DNA from: Candidatus Kapaibacterium sp.
GTDB taxonomy: Bacteria > Bacteroidota > Ignavibacteria > Kapaibacteriales > UBA2268
DNA length: 64,000 nt
Direction of reading: 5' to 3'
NCBI GenBank assembly: GCA_963665665.1
Contig: OY762428.1
Span: 2,656,001 to 2,720,000, forward strand
Made by a program: the position numbers and the translations under genes. Shown here piece after piece: positions 26,901 through 36,575 of this stretch; the first letter of the stretch is position 1, and the number at the start of each line of letters is the position of its first letter. The notes beneath the pieces are model-generated. The model was not told the DNA's origin, did not search any database, and saw only the letters and a list, made by a program, of their open reading frames with translations.

Positions 26901-29900
26901 TTACTCATTAATTAAGTCATTATGTTTGTTTCTGATAGAATTAAAAAACATATTCAAGTCTAATGGTTTTGCAATTCTCCCAATAAATCCGTAATCCTGA
27001 TAATTTGCAACTATCGGCTTGTTAGCATGGCCGCTAAATACGAAAGCCTTTACTTCAGGATCAATAGCTTTCAACATGTGGAGGGCATCTTCGCCGTCTT
27101 TATCAGATCCGATTATAACAAGGTCCAGGACAACATAATCAAAAGGTTCCTTTTCTGCAATTGCAAGCCGGTACTCAGCTTCAGCCTGATATGCATCAGC
27201 AACACAGACCATATTTAGATCGAATTCCTTTGAAAGTATTGAAAAATTACTACGGATATCATCATTATCGTCCATTAATAATATCTTCAGGCCCTCGATA
27301 CCAAATTTTGCATCGCTATGGCCATTTTCTGTTTCTTCGTATGTTCTTTCCACAGCAGGAAGATAAATGATGAATTCACTACCTTTGCCAGGAGTTGAGG
27401 TTACAGATATATGTCCTTTATGTTTTTGAATAATAAAATGAACACTGGCCAATCCAAGGCCGTTGCCTTTACTTTTAGTAGTAAAGAATGGGAGGAAAAT
27501 ATCATTTATAATTTCCTTTGGAATTCCTATACCCTCGTCACGGATTTTTATAAGGATATATTCACCTTCCTGAAGATTAGCAATATTATTTGATCTAAGT
27601 TCTATATTAGAAGTAGAAATACAAATATTACCACCCTTTGGCATAGCATGGCTTGCATTTATCAATAGGTTGGTAATAACCTCGTTCATTTGCTTCGGGT
27701 CTGCATCAATGGATTTTAAATGGCTGTCAAATCTGAGGTCAGGAACAATATTAGTACCGCTAAGAGCTATTGTAATAGCTTCTTCAATGATTTTATTAAT
27801 ATTAATAATCTGCTTTACAGGGTCGCCACCGGTTGAAAATGTCTGGAATCTTGTAGCAAGGGCATTGGCCTGGTCGATATTTTTCTCAATTTTTTCCAGG
27901 AATTCGAGGTACATGTCCGGTTTAATTTTAGCAATTCCAATGCTAAGCGACATAGCTGTAAGCATATTTTTGAAATTATGAGCTATTCCACCGGCAAGTA
28001 CACCGAGTGATTCCAATTTTGATATTCTTTGCAACTCTTCCCGGGTACGGAGTTTTTCACTAACATTTGTAACTGTTCCCTGGATTGCAATATCATTTTC
28101 ATAATTTATTCTTATAGCGTTAATTTCAATATCTATTTCTTTGCCGCTAAATGTTGAAGCTTTAATTTCTGCAAAAGCAGAATCATCGTCGCCATCTGTC
28201 AGCTTTTGATAAATATCGGCAAGGGAAGTACCTTTTGTGGAAGGAGAAAAGACTTCAATGTCTGATCCGATCATTTCATTTTGATTTTTATATTCAAATA
28301 TTTCAACCATTTGCAGGTTACAGAAAACAAGCCTTGCCTGGCTGAAAATAAAATGCCCAATTGGAGAGTTCTGAACTAATTTTCGATATTTTTCTTCACT
28401 TTGCTGAAGTGCGGATTCAGCTCTTTTTTGTCTGATAAGTCGCCACACATTACCACAAATAATATTGACAAGATCAGTATCAAGTTGATTATAGTCAGTT
28501 CTTTTGTTACCAACACCAAGGATAATCTTAACCTGGGTGCCTTCAAGAACGGGAACAGTTAAGTCTCTGATTAAATCAACATGGCCATCGGGAAATCCTT
28601 TTTTATCGGGTGAATTCTTATAATCGTTATGAATAACAGGTGTGCGTGAATAAAAACAATCAATCCAAATTCCGGCACTTTCCAAAGGATAATGATCGAT
28701 TTTGCCTGGTATATCGCAAACTTTCATTGTAGAATCAGACCACAATTGAAGAGATAAAGATTTTTGATCATCATTTACAAAGTGTATGAAACCAATTTCG
28801 CTATCAGTAATTTCCTGACACTCTTCAAGTGTTATTTTCATTATTTGCTGTTCGGAGTATTCCTCGTTCAATGTATTCAAACTTATTGCAAAATCCCTTG
28901 CTTTTTCAATTTTCTTTGATTCGTTAATATCCTGATAGGTTCCTGCTATTCGGATTGGATTATTGTATTCATCATACTGAACAATCTTACCAACGGCATG
29001 AATCCAGTACCAGTTAGCATTCTTGTATCTCATTCGTATTTCACATTCAAAATTTGAGCTTTGGCCGGAGATATGCTTGTCTATATTAGATTCAAAAATC
29101 TTAAGGTCTTCAGGGTGAATAAGAGATTTGACAAAATCTACATCTACTTCATTATTTTTTCCTAATTCAACTCCTAGAATTTTTTTCCATGTTTCATTAA
29201 TAAAAATTTTGCCAGTGGTTAAATTCCAGTCTATAAGGCCAATATTTGCGGTTCTTAAAACAAGTTTAAGTCTTCTCTCACTATTTTCGAAAGCATCCTG
29301 TACCTTTCTTCTATCAGTTATATCTCTCCCCAAAACAACAAGCCCTTTGCGGCTTCCATCAGGGTGATAAAGAGGTAGTTTTATAACGTCATAAATTTTT
29401 TTCGTGCCATCAGGCTTGGGAATTATTTCATCACTTCTTGTTATTGTTCCTGCCTGCCATGCAATTTCATCAGTATCCTGGCATGTTAGAAATGCTTCGC
29501 GGTAGAAATCACTGAAAGGTGCTAATTCAGCATCAGTTTTCCCATTAATATCAACGCCTTGTAGCTGGAATAATTCTATATCGGCTTTGTTTGCTTCAAG
29601 CCATCTTCCTTTGCCATCTTTAAAGCAGATAATATCAGGAGTGGAGTTGATCAATGTTCGCAGGCGTTCCTCGCTTTCTTCAAGAGCTTTCTCGGTTTGC
29701 TTTCTCCTGCTGATATCTCTGACTGCAACTACCCTCATTTTTTCATTATTATAAACAACATTTCTTGCTTCAATTTCCACATGAGCAATTTCTTTTTTCT
29801 TATTAATTATTCTGATATCATAAGGTAAAGCATAGTCGATTTTCATATTTTTAGTAACTATCGGAATATCATCAGGATGAACGAGCATAGTAATAATATT

Positions 29901-30869
29901 TTTCCCAATAATCTCTTCTCTGCTGTAACCCGTAATTTTTTCCAGGGATTCATTAACATCAAGGGCTGTAGCGTTTAAATGCAATAATATTCCTTCGAAA
30001 GTCAGGGTAGAAAGTTTTCTGTATCTTGACTTACTGGACTCTAATTCAATCAAGGTATTTTGACGCATAGATATATCTCTTAGCGTGCATACAACCCCGA
30101 CAATTTTATTTCCCGTGAAAAATGGCTCCAATCTAATTTGTATGAAAAAATTTTCTGATGGTGATGAAACAAATTCTATTGGCTGGGATGTGTGAAGTGT
30201 TGTTTCAAAATATTTTTTAAATTCGGGTATCGACAGGGATTCAAAGTGGTCTGAAATATTTTTACGTCGAATATTTTTGTTTTGGGTAATATAATCAATT
30301 CTACTGTTATAGTATTGTATTATTCCTTTTTGATCGGTAACAATTATTTCAATATTAACTTTTTCAAGTATCTGGTTGAATATACTTTTGTCAGGAAAAA
30401 TAAATTTGTCAGCAGGGCTATTTGTATTAATTTCAGTATTTACAAGTTTTTTATTTACCCAGGAGTATATGGTTCGTAATGTATGAAAATCATTTCCTGA
30501 TTTTTCAGAATTATAAATAATTCCAATTGATACAACCGGAGATTGGTCAGAATCTATTATGTGAATCGAATATTTACGGGGAAAAGAATTATTAAGATAA
30601 TTCGTAAGAAAACGAGTAGTTTCTTGTTCTGATAGCGGAAAATGATTTGTATCCTCAATGTGATATTCGGAAATGGAAGGCTTGTTCGGATCAAATATAA
30701 ATAATTTGCTGAAGGGGGTGTTTACAATTGAAAATGATATGTGATTTCCTGATGAATTGGAAATAAGTTCCAAAATAAATTTTAGCCTGGACTCAAGGTT
30801 TGGTTCTTCTTCAATTTTATTTAGATATTCAAAAAGATCGGCTGTTTCAAATTGCTTGGTTGTTTTCAT
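26901..30869 (-). CDS. Soluble hybrid sensor kinase (multi-PAS, GAF, HisKA, HATPase, REC)
   Basis: Several PAS/PAC repeats, a GAF domain, H-box AGGIAHNFKNML, FLPFFTTKSKGNGLGL, and C-terminal REC ILLMDD. Confidence 0.93.
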   Translation of the reverse strand: MKTTKQFETADLFEYLNKIEEEPNLESRLKFILELISNSSGNHISFSIVNTPFSKLFIFDPNKPSISEYHIEDTNHFPLSEQETTRFLTNYLNNSFPRKYSIHIIDSDQSPVVSIGIIYNSEKSGNDFHTLRTIYSWVNKKLVNTEINTNSPADKFIFPDKSIFNQILEKVNIEIIVTDQKGIIQYYNSRIDYITQNKNIRRKNISDHFESLSIPEFKKYFETTLHTSQPIEFVSSPSENFFIQIRLEPFFTGNKIVGVVCTLRDISMRQNTLIELESSKSRYRKLSTLTFEGILLHLNATALDVNESLEKITGYSREEIIGKNIITMLVHPDDIPIVTKNMKIDYALPYDIRIINKKKEIAHVEIEARNVVYNNEKMRVVAVRDISRRKQTEKALEESEERLRTLINSTPDIICFKDGKGRWLEANKADIELFQLQGVDINGKTDAELAPFSDFYREAFLTCQDTDEIAWQAGTITRSDEIIPKPDGTKKIYDVIKLPLYHPDGSRKGLVVLGRDITDRRKVQDAFENSERRLKLVLRTANIGLIDWNLTTGKIFINETWKKILGVELGKNNEVDVDFVKSLIHPEDLKIFESNIDKHISGQSSNFECEIRMRYKNANWYWIHAVGKIVQYDEYNNPIRIAGTYQDINESKKIEKARDFAISLNTLNEEYSEQQIMKITLEECQEITDSEIGFIHFVNDDQKSLSLQLWSDSTMKVCDIPGKIDHYPLESAGIWIDCFYSRTPVIHNDYKNSPDKKGFPDGHVDLIRDLTVPVLEGTQVKIILGVGNKRTDYNQLDTDLVNIICGNVWRLIRQKRAESALQQSEEKYRKLVQNSPIGHFIFSQARLVFCNLQMVEIFEYKNQNEMIGSDIEVFSPSTKGTSLADIYQKLTDGDDDSAFAEIKASTFSGKEIDIEINAIRINYENDIAIQGTVTNVSEKLRTREELQRISKLESLGVLAGGIAHNFKNMLTAMSLSIGIAKIKPDMYLEFLEKIEKNIDQANALATRFQTFSTGGDPVKQIININKIIEEAITIALSGTNIVPDLRFDSHLKSIDADPKQMNEVITNLLINASHAMPKGGNICISTSNIELRSNNIANLQEGEYILIKIRDEGIGIPKEIINDIFLPFFTTKSKGNGLGLASVHFIIQKHKGHISVTSTPGKGSEFIIYLPAVERTYEETENGHSDAKFGIEGLKILLMDDNDDIRSNFSILSKEFDLNMVCVADAYQAEAEYRLAIAEKEPFDYVVLDLVIIGSDKDGEDALHMLKAIDPEVKAFVFSGHANKPIVANYQDYGFIGRIAKPLDLNMFFNSIRNKHNDLINE

Positions 30870-31104
30870 ATTCCTGATCCTGTTTATATCATATTCTCCG
30901 CATTTAAAAAGTAGTAAAAAATAACATCTTTGTCAAGATAATATTTGCATCCCATTTATTTTTATTTATGATTTTATCATAATTTTGATTCCACAAAAAT
31001 ATATTAGCACTTAAAATGCCTATGTAATGCAATTTTGATTATTATTACAAATTAATTTAATATATTTGGTTCTGTAATTTTGTCTAATAATGTTAGTTCC
31101 TCCC

Positions 31105-32571
31105 ATGAAAAAAATCTTTTTATTATTTGTGTTGCTTTTTTCAGGATTTATAACATATTCATGCTCCGATGATGATAATAATAATTCCACAGCCCCTGAT
31201 TACTCAAAACTAAAAATTTATACAGAAAATTATCAGCCGTATAATTATGAAGAAAATGGCCAGATTGCTGGCATTTCCGCTGAGATTGTTCAAAGAATCT
31301 TGCAGGAATTGAATATTGATAAGGATATTGTTATAAAGGATTGGTCTGAATCTTATAACGAGCTTCTGGCCGGTGAAGATGTCGTCCTGTTTACTACAAT
31401 TCTAAATGCAGACAGAGTTGATAAAATGAAATGGGCAGGCCCTGTTTGCTCCGTGACTTCTTATTTTTATATCAAATCCGGTTCGGATATTAAAATTTCA
31501 ACTCTTGGTGATGCTAAAGCTTTAAATAGTATCGGAGTTGTTAGCGGCTATGCCTATGCTGATGATCTGGAAAATAACGGATTTTCAAACATTGTTTTTG
31601 CAGAAGGGATTGATGAGCTTGCTGCAAAACTTATGACTGGTGAAGTAGATGCGATAGTTGAAAGTCCTTATGCTTTGAGATCTGCCATGAATTCATCAGG
31701 GTATGACTATGATTCTGATGTTGAGAAGGAATTCCTTTTCGATGAACAGCAGGGGTATATAGCATTTTCGCTCAATATTTCCGATGATGTTGTGAACGCA
31801 TGGCAGCAGAAAATTGACCAGCTCCGGAATCAGGGCACAATACAGGAATTATATAATAAATATATGGATGGGGAAACAGCTCCGGCTGCAATACAAATCT
31901 ATACTGAAGAGAACCCGCCACAGAGCTACAAAGAAAATGACGGATCAATTAGTGGTTCATCAACTGATATTATGAATGAAATCTTAGATCGTACTAATAT
32001 GGATGTTGAGATAAATCTTGCTGATTGGTCTAACGCTTTGAGTAAATTGAAATTTACGCCAAATATGGCTTTGTTCAGCACCGCAAGAACTGTTGAACGC
32101 GAAGATCTTTTCCACTGGATAGGCCCGATTTGCCGCAAGCATTACCAGTTTTTTACTCTCACGTCATCAGGAATTGATCTGAATGATCTGGAAGATGCAA
32201 AAGGGCTTGGTACTGTTGCAACAATGACAGGCTGGGCAACAGTTACGATGCTTGAGGACGAAGGTTTTGATAATATTGTAACCTTGCCAACCGTTCACGA
32301 GGTTTTCGCTAAACTGATGGCCGGCGAAGTTGATGCGATTGTAATCAATGATATTGCACTGAAATCAATATGCGACAATTATGGTTGCCTGGTAAATGAA
32401 ATAACGGCAGGCCCTAAATTGAGCGAAACGCTGACTTATATTGCCCTTTCGAAGGGTAGCGATAATGAATATATACTAAAATGGACTGATGCTTATAATG
32501 AAATGAAACAGGACGGTACACTTCAGCAAATAATTGACGAGTGGTATCCCGGGCTGAATATGGAATTATAA
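31105..32571 (+). CDS. Lipoprotein with two tandem family-3 (amino-acid type) substrate-binding domains
   Basis: Signal MKKIFLL...TYSC. Two homologous halves start LKIYTENYQPYNY and IQIYTEENPPQSY, each with W(A/I)GP and KLMxGEVDAIV. Confidence 0.88.
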   Translation: MKKIFLLFVLLFSGFITYSCSDDDNNNSTAPDYSKLKIYTENYQPYNYEENGQIAGISAEIVQRILQELNIDKDIVIKDWSESYNELLAGEDVVLFTTILNADRVDKMKWAGPVCSVTSYFYIKSGSDIKISTLGDAKALNSIGVVSGYAYADDLENNGFSNIVFAEGIDELAAKLMTGEVDAIVESPYALRSAMNSSGYDYDSDVEKEFLFDEQQGYIAFSLNISDDVVNAWQQKIDQLRNQGTIQELYNKYMDGETAPAAIQIYTEENPPQSYKENDGSISGSSTDIMNEILDRTNMDVEINLADWSNALSKLKFTPNMALFSTARTVEREDLFHWIGPICRKHYQFFTLTSSGIDLNDLEDAKGLGTVATMTGWATVTMLEDEGFDNIVTLPTVHEVFAKLMAGEVDAIVINDIALKSICDNYGCLVNEITAGPKLSETLTYIALSKGSDNEYILKWTDAYNEMKQDGTLQQIIDEWYPGLNMEL

Positions 32572-32727
32572 TTATGATGTTGTTTTTGGGATAATGATTG
32601 TTAACGGAAAAAGAAGATGTATTGCGCTGAAATATGTGCCGTTAATACATTTTATCGGTTGATTTACTGAATATGGACAAAATATACTTAACAGTTTTTT
32701 AAAAAATACTTTTTAAAAGGATTTATA

Positions 32728-33441
32728 ATGAAATTTACTAACAGGCTTTTGTTGCTTTTCGTATTTTTGTTTGCTTTTACTTTTTGTAGTGATGATTCTA
32801 CCAGCCCGGATAACGGAGATTTTGTTGATTATTTCCCCCTGGCAAACGGGGCAGTATGGGAATACGAGTCATTTGAAATAATTGATGGTGAGAAAACAGG
32901 AGAATCAGTTACTTATACCATAGAATGTACTTCAGGCTTCAACTTTGCCGGTAAAGATTGCTTTATGTTGTTCAGCAGCGACGATTATGATACAACTTAT
33001 GCCAGAACAGAAGGTTCGCAATTTCTTGCGCTTAATGATTTCGATCCTTCAAACCTGAACTGGGTTGCCTTTGCCGATTTGAACAAATCAAAATGGACTC
33101 CGGTTGAGTTAACTGTTGATAATGAGGAAATTGAAACCGGAACCTTTTTTACGGGTACGATTAAATATGAAGTCACGAGAACTGGAACAGGCAGCTTTGA
33201 TTTCGACGGACAAACCTATGAAACTTATGAATTTTATTTTGAAGTATGGTTTACCGGTGAATATGTGACAGAATTTGGCAGCGGTTCTTACGAAGTAAAT
33301 TCAAAAGTTAAGCAGTCTTATGCAAAAGGCCTCGGCCTGGTAAAAACAGAATTTGTTGACGGAGAAATGAGGCTTGGGGGGGATGTTTATCCGTCTGATG
33401 ATTACGAGGATGTACTAATATCCTATACTCCGGGCGAATAA
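32728..33441 (+). CDS. Hypothetical exported protein or lipoprotein
   Basis: Signal peptide ending AFTFC-SDD. DYFPLANGAVWEY and YAKGLGLVK motifs are common in FCB lipoproteins. Confidence 0.8.
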   Translation: MKFTNRLLLLFVFLFAFTFCSDDSTSPDNGDFVDYFPLANGAVWEYESFEIIDGEKTGESVTYTIECTSGFNFAGKDCFMLFSSDDYDTTYARTEGSQFLALNDFDPSNLNWVAFADLNKSKWTPVELTVDNEEIETGTFFTGTIKYEVTRTGTGSFDFDGQTYETYEFYFEVWFTGEYVTEFGSGSYEVNSKVKQSYAKGLGLVKTEFVDGEMRLGGDVYPSDDYEDVLISYTPGE

Positions 33442-33461
33442 TATAAAGATGATTTTTATAG

Positions 33462-33490
33462 AAGGGATACTTTTTCAGGTATCCCTTTAT
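33462..33490 (+). terminator. Intrinsic terminator
   Basis: AAGGGATAC...GTATCCCTT followed by TAT. Confidence 0.65.
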
Positions 33491-33546
33491 TGAAACTACT
33501 CAGCATAAAGGAAAAATATGTAAAATGTTTTAACAATATCAGAAAA

Positions 33547-33634
33547 TGTCACTCTGAACGAAGTGAAGAGCCTATTCTTCATGATTTTATACTAAAAAAG
33601 TGGATTCTTCAGTCACAAGCTCCTTCAGAATGAC
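33547..33634. repeat. REP-like element, TGTCA...TGACA family
   Basis: TGTCACTCTGAACGAAGTGAAGAG...GATTCTTCAGTCACAAGCTCCTTCAGAATGACA. Relatives occur at 35218-35349, about 46554-46590 and 53571-53680. Confidence 0.75.
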
Positions 33635-33748
33635 AATTTTGCAATTATTCCTTTCAAAACAAAATAATATCATATTTGCTGAGTAGCAACCTTTTTTTTG
33701 TTATTTTTCATTTTTTGAATTGATATTAAAATTAATAGCAGGTAAGAT

Positions 33749-34192
33749 ATGAAAGTAATGATCAGCAGGATAAATGAAGAGTTCAACCATTTGCCACTTC
33801 CTGAATATGCAACCGAAGGCTCAGCCGGTATGGACGTTTACGCCGCTATAAATGAAGAAATGCCGGTGGCTCCGGGGTCGGTGGTTATGGTTCCCACTTC
33901 GCTTGCCATTGCCCTTGAACCCGGTTTCGAATGCCAGGTACGCAGCCGCAGCGGGCTTGCCGCAAAGCATGGCATTTTCGCACTGAACGCTCCGGGCACG
34001 GTGGACAGTGATTACCGTGGAGAGATTAAAGTAATTCTTGCTAATTTTTCAAAGGAAGAATACAATATAAAACCCGGCGAAAGGATTGCCCAACTCGTGA
34101 TAGCAAGTTATGAGCATATACAGTGGGACGTGGTTTCCGAACTTCCAGAAACAGATCGTGGTGTAGGCGGATTCGGCAGCACTGGAAAATGA
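33749..34192 (+). CDS. dut: dUTP diphosphatase
   Basis: Motifs GSAGMD, RSRSGLA, PGTVDSDYRGEI, GERIAQLV and RGVGGFGSTG. Confidence 0.98.
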   Translation: MKVMISRINEEFNHLPLPEYATEGSAGMDVYAAINEEMPVAPGSVVMVPTSLAIALEPGFECQVRSRSGLAAKHGIFALNAPGTVDSDYRGEIKVILANFSKEEYNIKPGERIAQLVIASYEHIQWDVVSELPETDRGVGGFGSTGK

Positions 34193-34258
34193 TTTGCTTT
34201 TTTTCATCATCCGGTCACTTCGTGATCGGATGATTCACAACAATTTATATATTTATTC

Positions 34259-34867
34259 TCAGGGCTTGTCGAAGTGGTGGTTATCGTCGTACTTACTGAA
34301 GTTGCCGCCCCAGCGCCAGCCCATCTTTTTGAAAGCCTTTACTATCGGGTGTTCTTCGCTGAATGTACCCGGCTTATCCGGATTATAAACAGCACCCTTT
34401 GGGCTTACTTTACCGCTTTTGTAAACCACGGGGTTGTTGAATGGATTGATATCCACTGCCCTGCCGAAGGAGTGATTCGACAGCCTTTTGGTTCCGGCAA
34501 TAAAGCGGTAGCAGAAAGCCGAGGTATTGTTGTCTGCCATTGATGCATCGTCGCTCCAGTTATATTTTACAATCGGGATGGCCTTATTCACGGGGAATTT
34601 CGATTCTCGTATCATCAGGAATATCTTTTTCACATCGCTTTCGCATTCTTTATGAATTACTAGCTGCCCTCGGTGAAGCCTGCCGTCGAATGAATAATAA
34701 TCAACGTTTAGCAGCATAAGATTGTCAATAACATCCTGCGGGGCTTTCGTTCCTTTTATCGCCTCTTCAAAAGTCATTGCCGAATCAATAACAACATCGT
34801 TTTTAGCGGCGCCGATAAATAATAACCCGCAGATAATGATTATTGTGGAAAGGATATTTCTCTTCAT
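34259..34867 (-). CDS. M15-family metallopeptidase (D,D-carboxypeptidase/endopeptidase-like), exported
   Basis: Signal peptide, SNHSFGRAVDINP (SxHxxGxAxD), and WRWGGNF...DNHHFD. Confidence 0.9.
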   Translation of the reverse strand: MKRNILSTIIIICGLLFIGAAKNDVVIDSAMTFEEAIKGTKAPQDVIDNLMLLNVDYYSFDGRLHRGQLVIHKECESDVKKIFLMIRESKFPVNKAIPIVKYNWSDDASMADNNTSAFCYRFIAGTKRLSNHSFGRAVDINPFNNPVVYKSGKVSPKGAVYNPDKPGTFSEEHPIVKAFKKMGWRWGGNFSKYDDNHHFDKP

Positions 34868-35029
34868 TTCATTTCCTTATAAATGTGTAATCAAATCAAT
34901 GTACTAAAATATAGATAATATTTGCAATATCAGTCTTCAACTATGCTGAAAGATGAAATAATTTCAACCAGCCTTTCCCAATAATGTCACCTGTAAATTT
35001 CCCCTACCGCTGTTTTGAATGACAACAAC

Positions 35030-35350
35030 ACCTGTTCCCCCGCCGGCGCCGACGTATCGGGTAAGGGCGGGGTGGACTTCTTAAATAATTCCCCTCGTTG
35101 AGGGGTGGCGAGCGCAGCGAGACGGGGTGGATTCTTTTTCTTTGCCTTCGCACCTTGCACATTTATCCACGCGCTAAAGCACGTGGCTATTGAATTTGAC
35201 GATGATAAGGCCGGAAGGTCATTCTGAGCGCCAGCGAAGAATCCATTCTTAATACCTAATCTGCAAAGAAAGATGGATTCTTCGGTCGCAAGCTCCGGAA
35301 GCCTGCCCCTGCTTGCACCGATTTATCGGTGACGTGTCGGGGAATGACAA
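35030..35350. repeat. Cluster of different REP-like palindromes
   Basis: AATTCCCCTC...GAGGGG element (35087-35130), CCACGCGCTAAAGCACGTGG hairpin (35167-35186), and GTCATTCTGAG...GAATGAC element (35218-35349). Confidence 0.75.
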
Positions 35351-35497
35351 CATAACACCTCATTCTTTTGCTCAGTTTACCTGTTCTTCCACCCAAATGA
35401 ACAGGCCGTCGGCCTTAATTCCACATCCTGTAGTTTCAATGAACCGGATAATTTCCTTATTTCAACGCTGTTTTGAACCAGAATCCTGATGTTTGGG

Positions 35498-35893
35498 CTA
35501 ATCGCTTTGTTGGCGTGGTTTTAAACTGACATGTCCGGAGGTATTGAAGCATTCTATGGCCTTATTGTAGTGAAATTTGGCCTCATTCCACGCTTGTTTG
35601 ACCTTATCCCACGCTTGTTTGACCTTATCCCACGCTTGTTTGACTTTATCCCACGCTTGTTTGACTTTATTCCACGCTTGTTTGACTTTATTCCACGCTT
35701 GTTTGGCCTCATCCCACGCTTGTTTGACTTTATTCCACGCTTGTTTGACCTCATCCCACGCTTGTTTGACTTTATCCCACGCTTGTTTGACTTTATCCCA
35801 CGCTTGTTTGGCCTTATTGAACATGTTCTTTGCCTCCGAACAAGAGTTCAATGCCTTCAAACAAGGCAGCAATGACTTCGAACAAGGGGTCAA
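35498..35893 (-). CDS. Possible heptad-repeat (KQAWDKV)n coiled-coil protein; coding status uncertain
   Basis: The ORF spans the 21-bp repeat and gives an amphipathic heptad. Other frames are also open and there is no clear RBS. Confidence 0.3.
   Translation of the reverse strand: MTPCSKSLLPCLKALNSCSEAKNMFNKAKQAWDKVKQAWDKVKQAWDEVKQAWNKVKQAWDEAKQAWNKVKQAWNKVKQAWDKVKQAWDKVKQAWDKVKQAWNEAKFHYNKAIECFNTSGHVSLKPRQQSD
35576..35818. repeat. 21-bp tandem repeat, 11.5 copies (TTTGRCYTYATYCCACGCTTG)
   Basis: Units counted directly from 35576 at a 21-bp period. Degenerate 21-bp periodicity continues to the right. Confidence 0.97.
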
Positions 35894-35963
35894 TAACTTC
35901 GAACATCAGTACAATGATTTGAAACAGGGCAGCAATGAAGCAAAACATTGCTGCAATATTCCT

Positions 35964-35997
35964 GACCCCTCCCAAACCCTCCCCGAAGGGGAGGGCT
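35964..35997 (-). repeat. Isolated half of the DUF559-array palindrome
   Basis: Exact 34-bp reverse complement of AGCCCTCCCCTTCGGGGAGGGTTTGGGAGGGGTC, found at 52261-52294 and the other array units. Confidence 0.9.
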
Positions 35998-36114
35998 TTG
36001 AAGAAGAATAAGGCAACAACAGAATAAAACATCAGTACTTTGCTTTGGGACAAGGCAGCAATGACTTCGACTAAGGTAGTAATAACTTAGAACATCGGTT
36101 CTTTGCTTTCGGCC

Positions 36115-36420
36115 CTTCCTACCTCCCCCCGGCCCCCTCCTTCAAAAGGAGGGGGAGTTAATTCTATGATATTTAACTTCTTATCCCCTCCTAAAGTAGG
36201 AGGGGAATACAGGGGTGGTTTTCTTTCTTTGCTTACGACCAAGGCGTCAATTGAATAAAACATCAGTGCAATAGCGTCAACCATTGGTACATAGCTTTCG
36301 ACACTTCCTACCTCCCCCCGGCCCCCTCCTTCGGAAGGAGGGGGAGTTAATTCTATGATATTTAACTTCTTATCCCCTCCTCACGGAGGAGGGGATTAAA
36401 GGGGAGGTTTTCTTTCTTTG
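36115..36420. repeat. Two direct copies (117 bp, period 189 bp) of a CCCCTCC/GGAGGGG REP-like doublet
   Basis: 36115-36231 vs 36304-36420 have an identical central spacer and differ mainly in the hairpin loops. Confidence 0.9.
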
Positions 36421-36575
36421 ATTTGGACCAAGGCAGCAATAACTCCTAACATCAGTACTTTGCTTCCGGACAAGACGGCATTATCTCTGAATAATTCCCA
36501 AGCAGAACTGAGGAAGCAAAAGAATCAGAAATTGAGGCAAGAAAAGATTGCTGTTGTTCGAATTTATATCTGCTT

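Noticed and set aside
35576-35818. CRISPR array
   Set aside because: Head-to-tail 21-bp repeats with no spacers.
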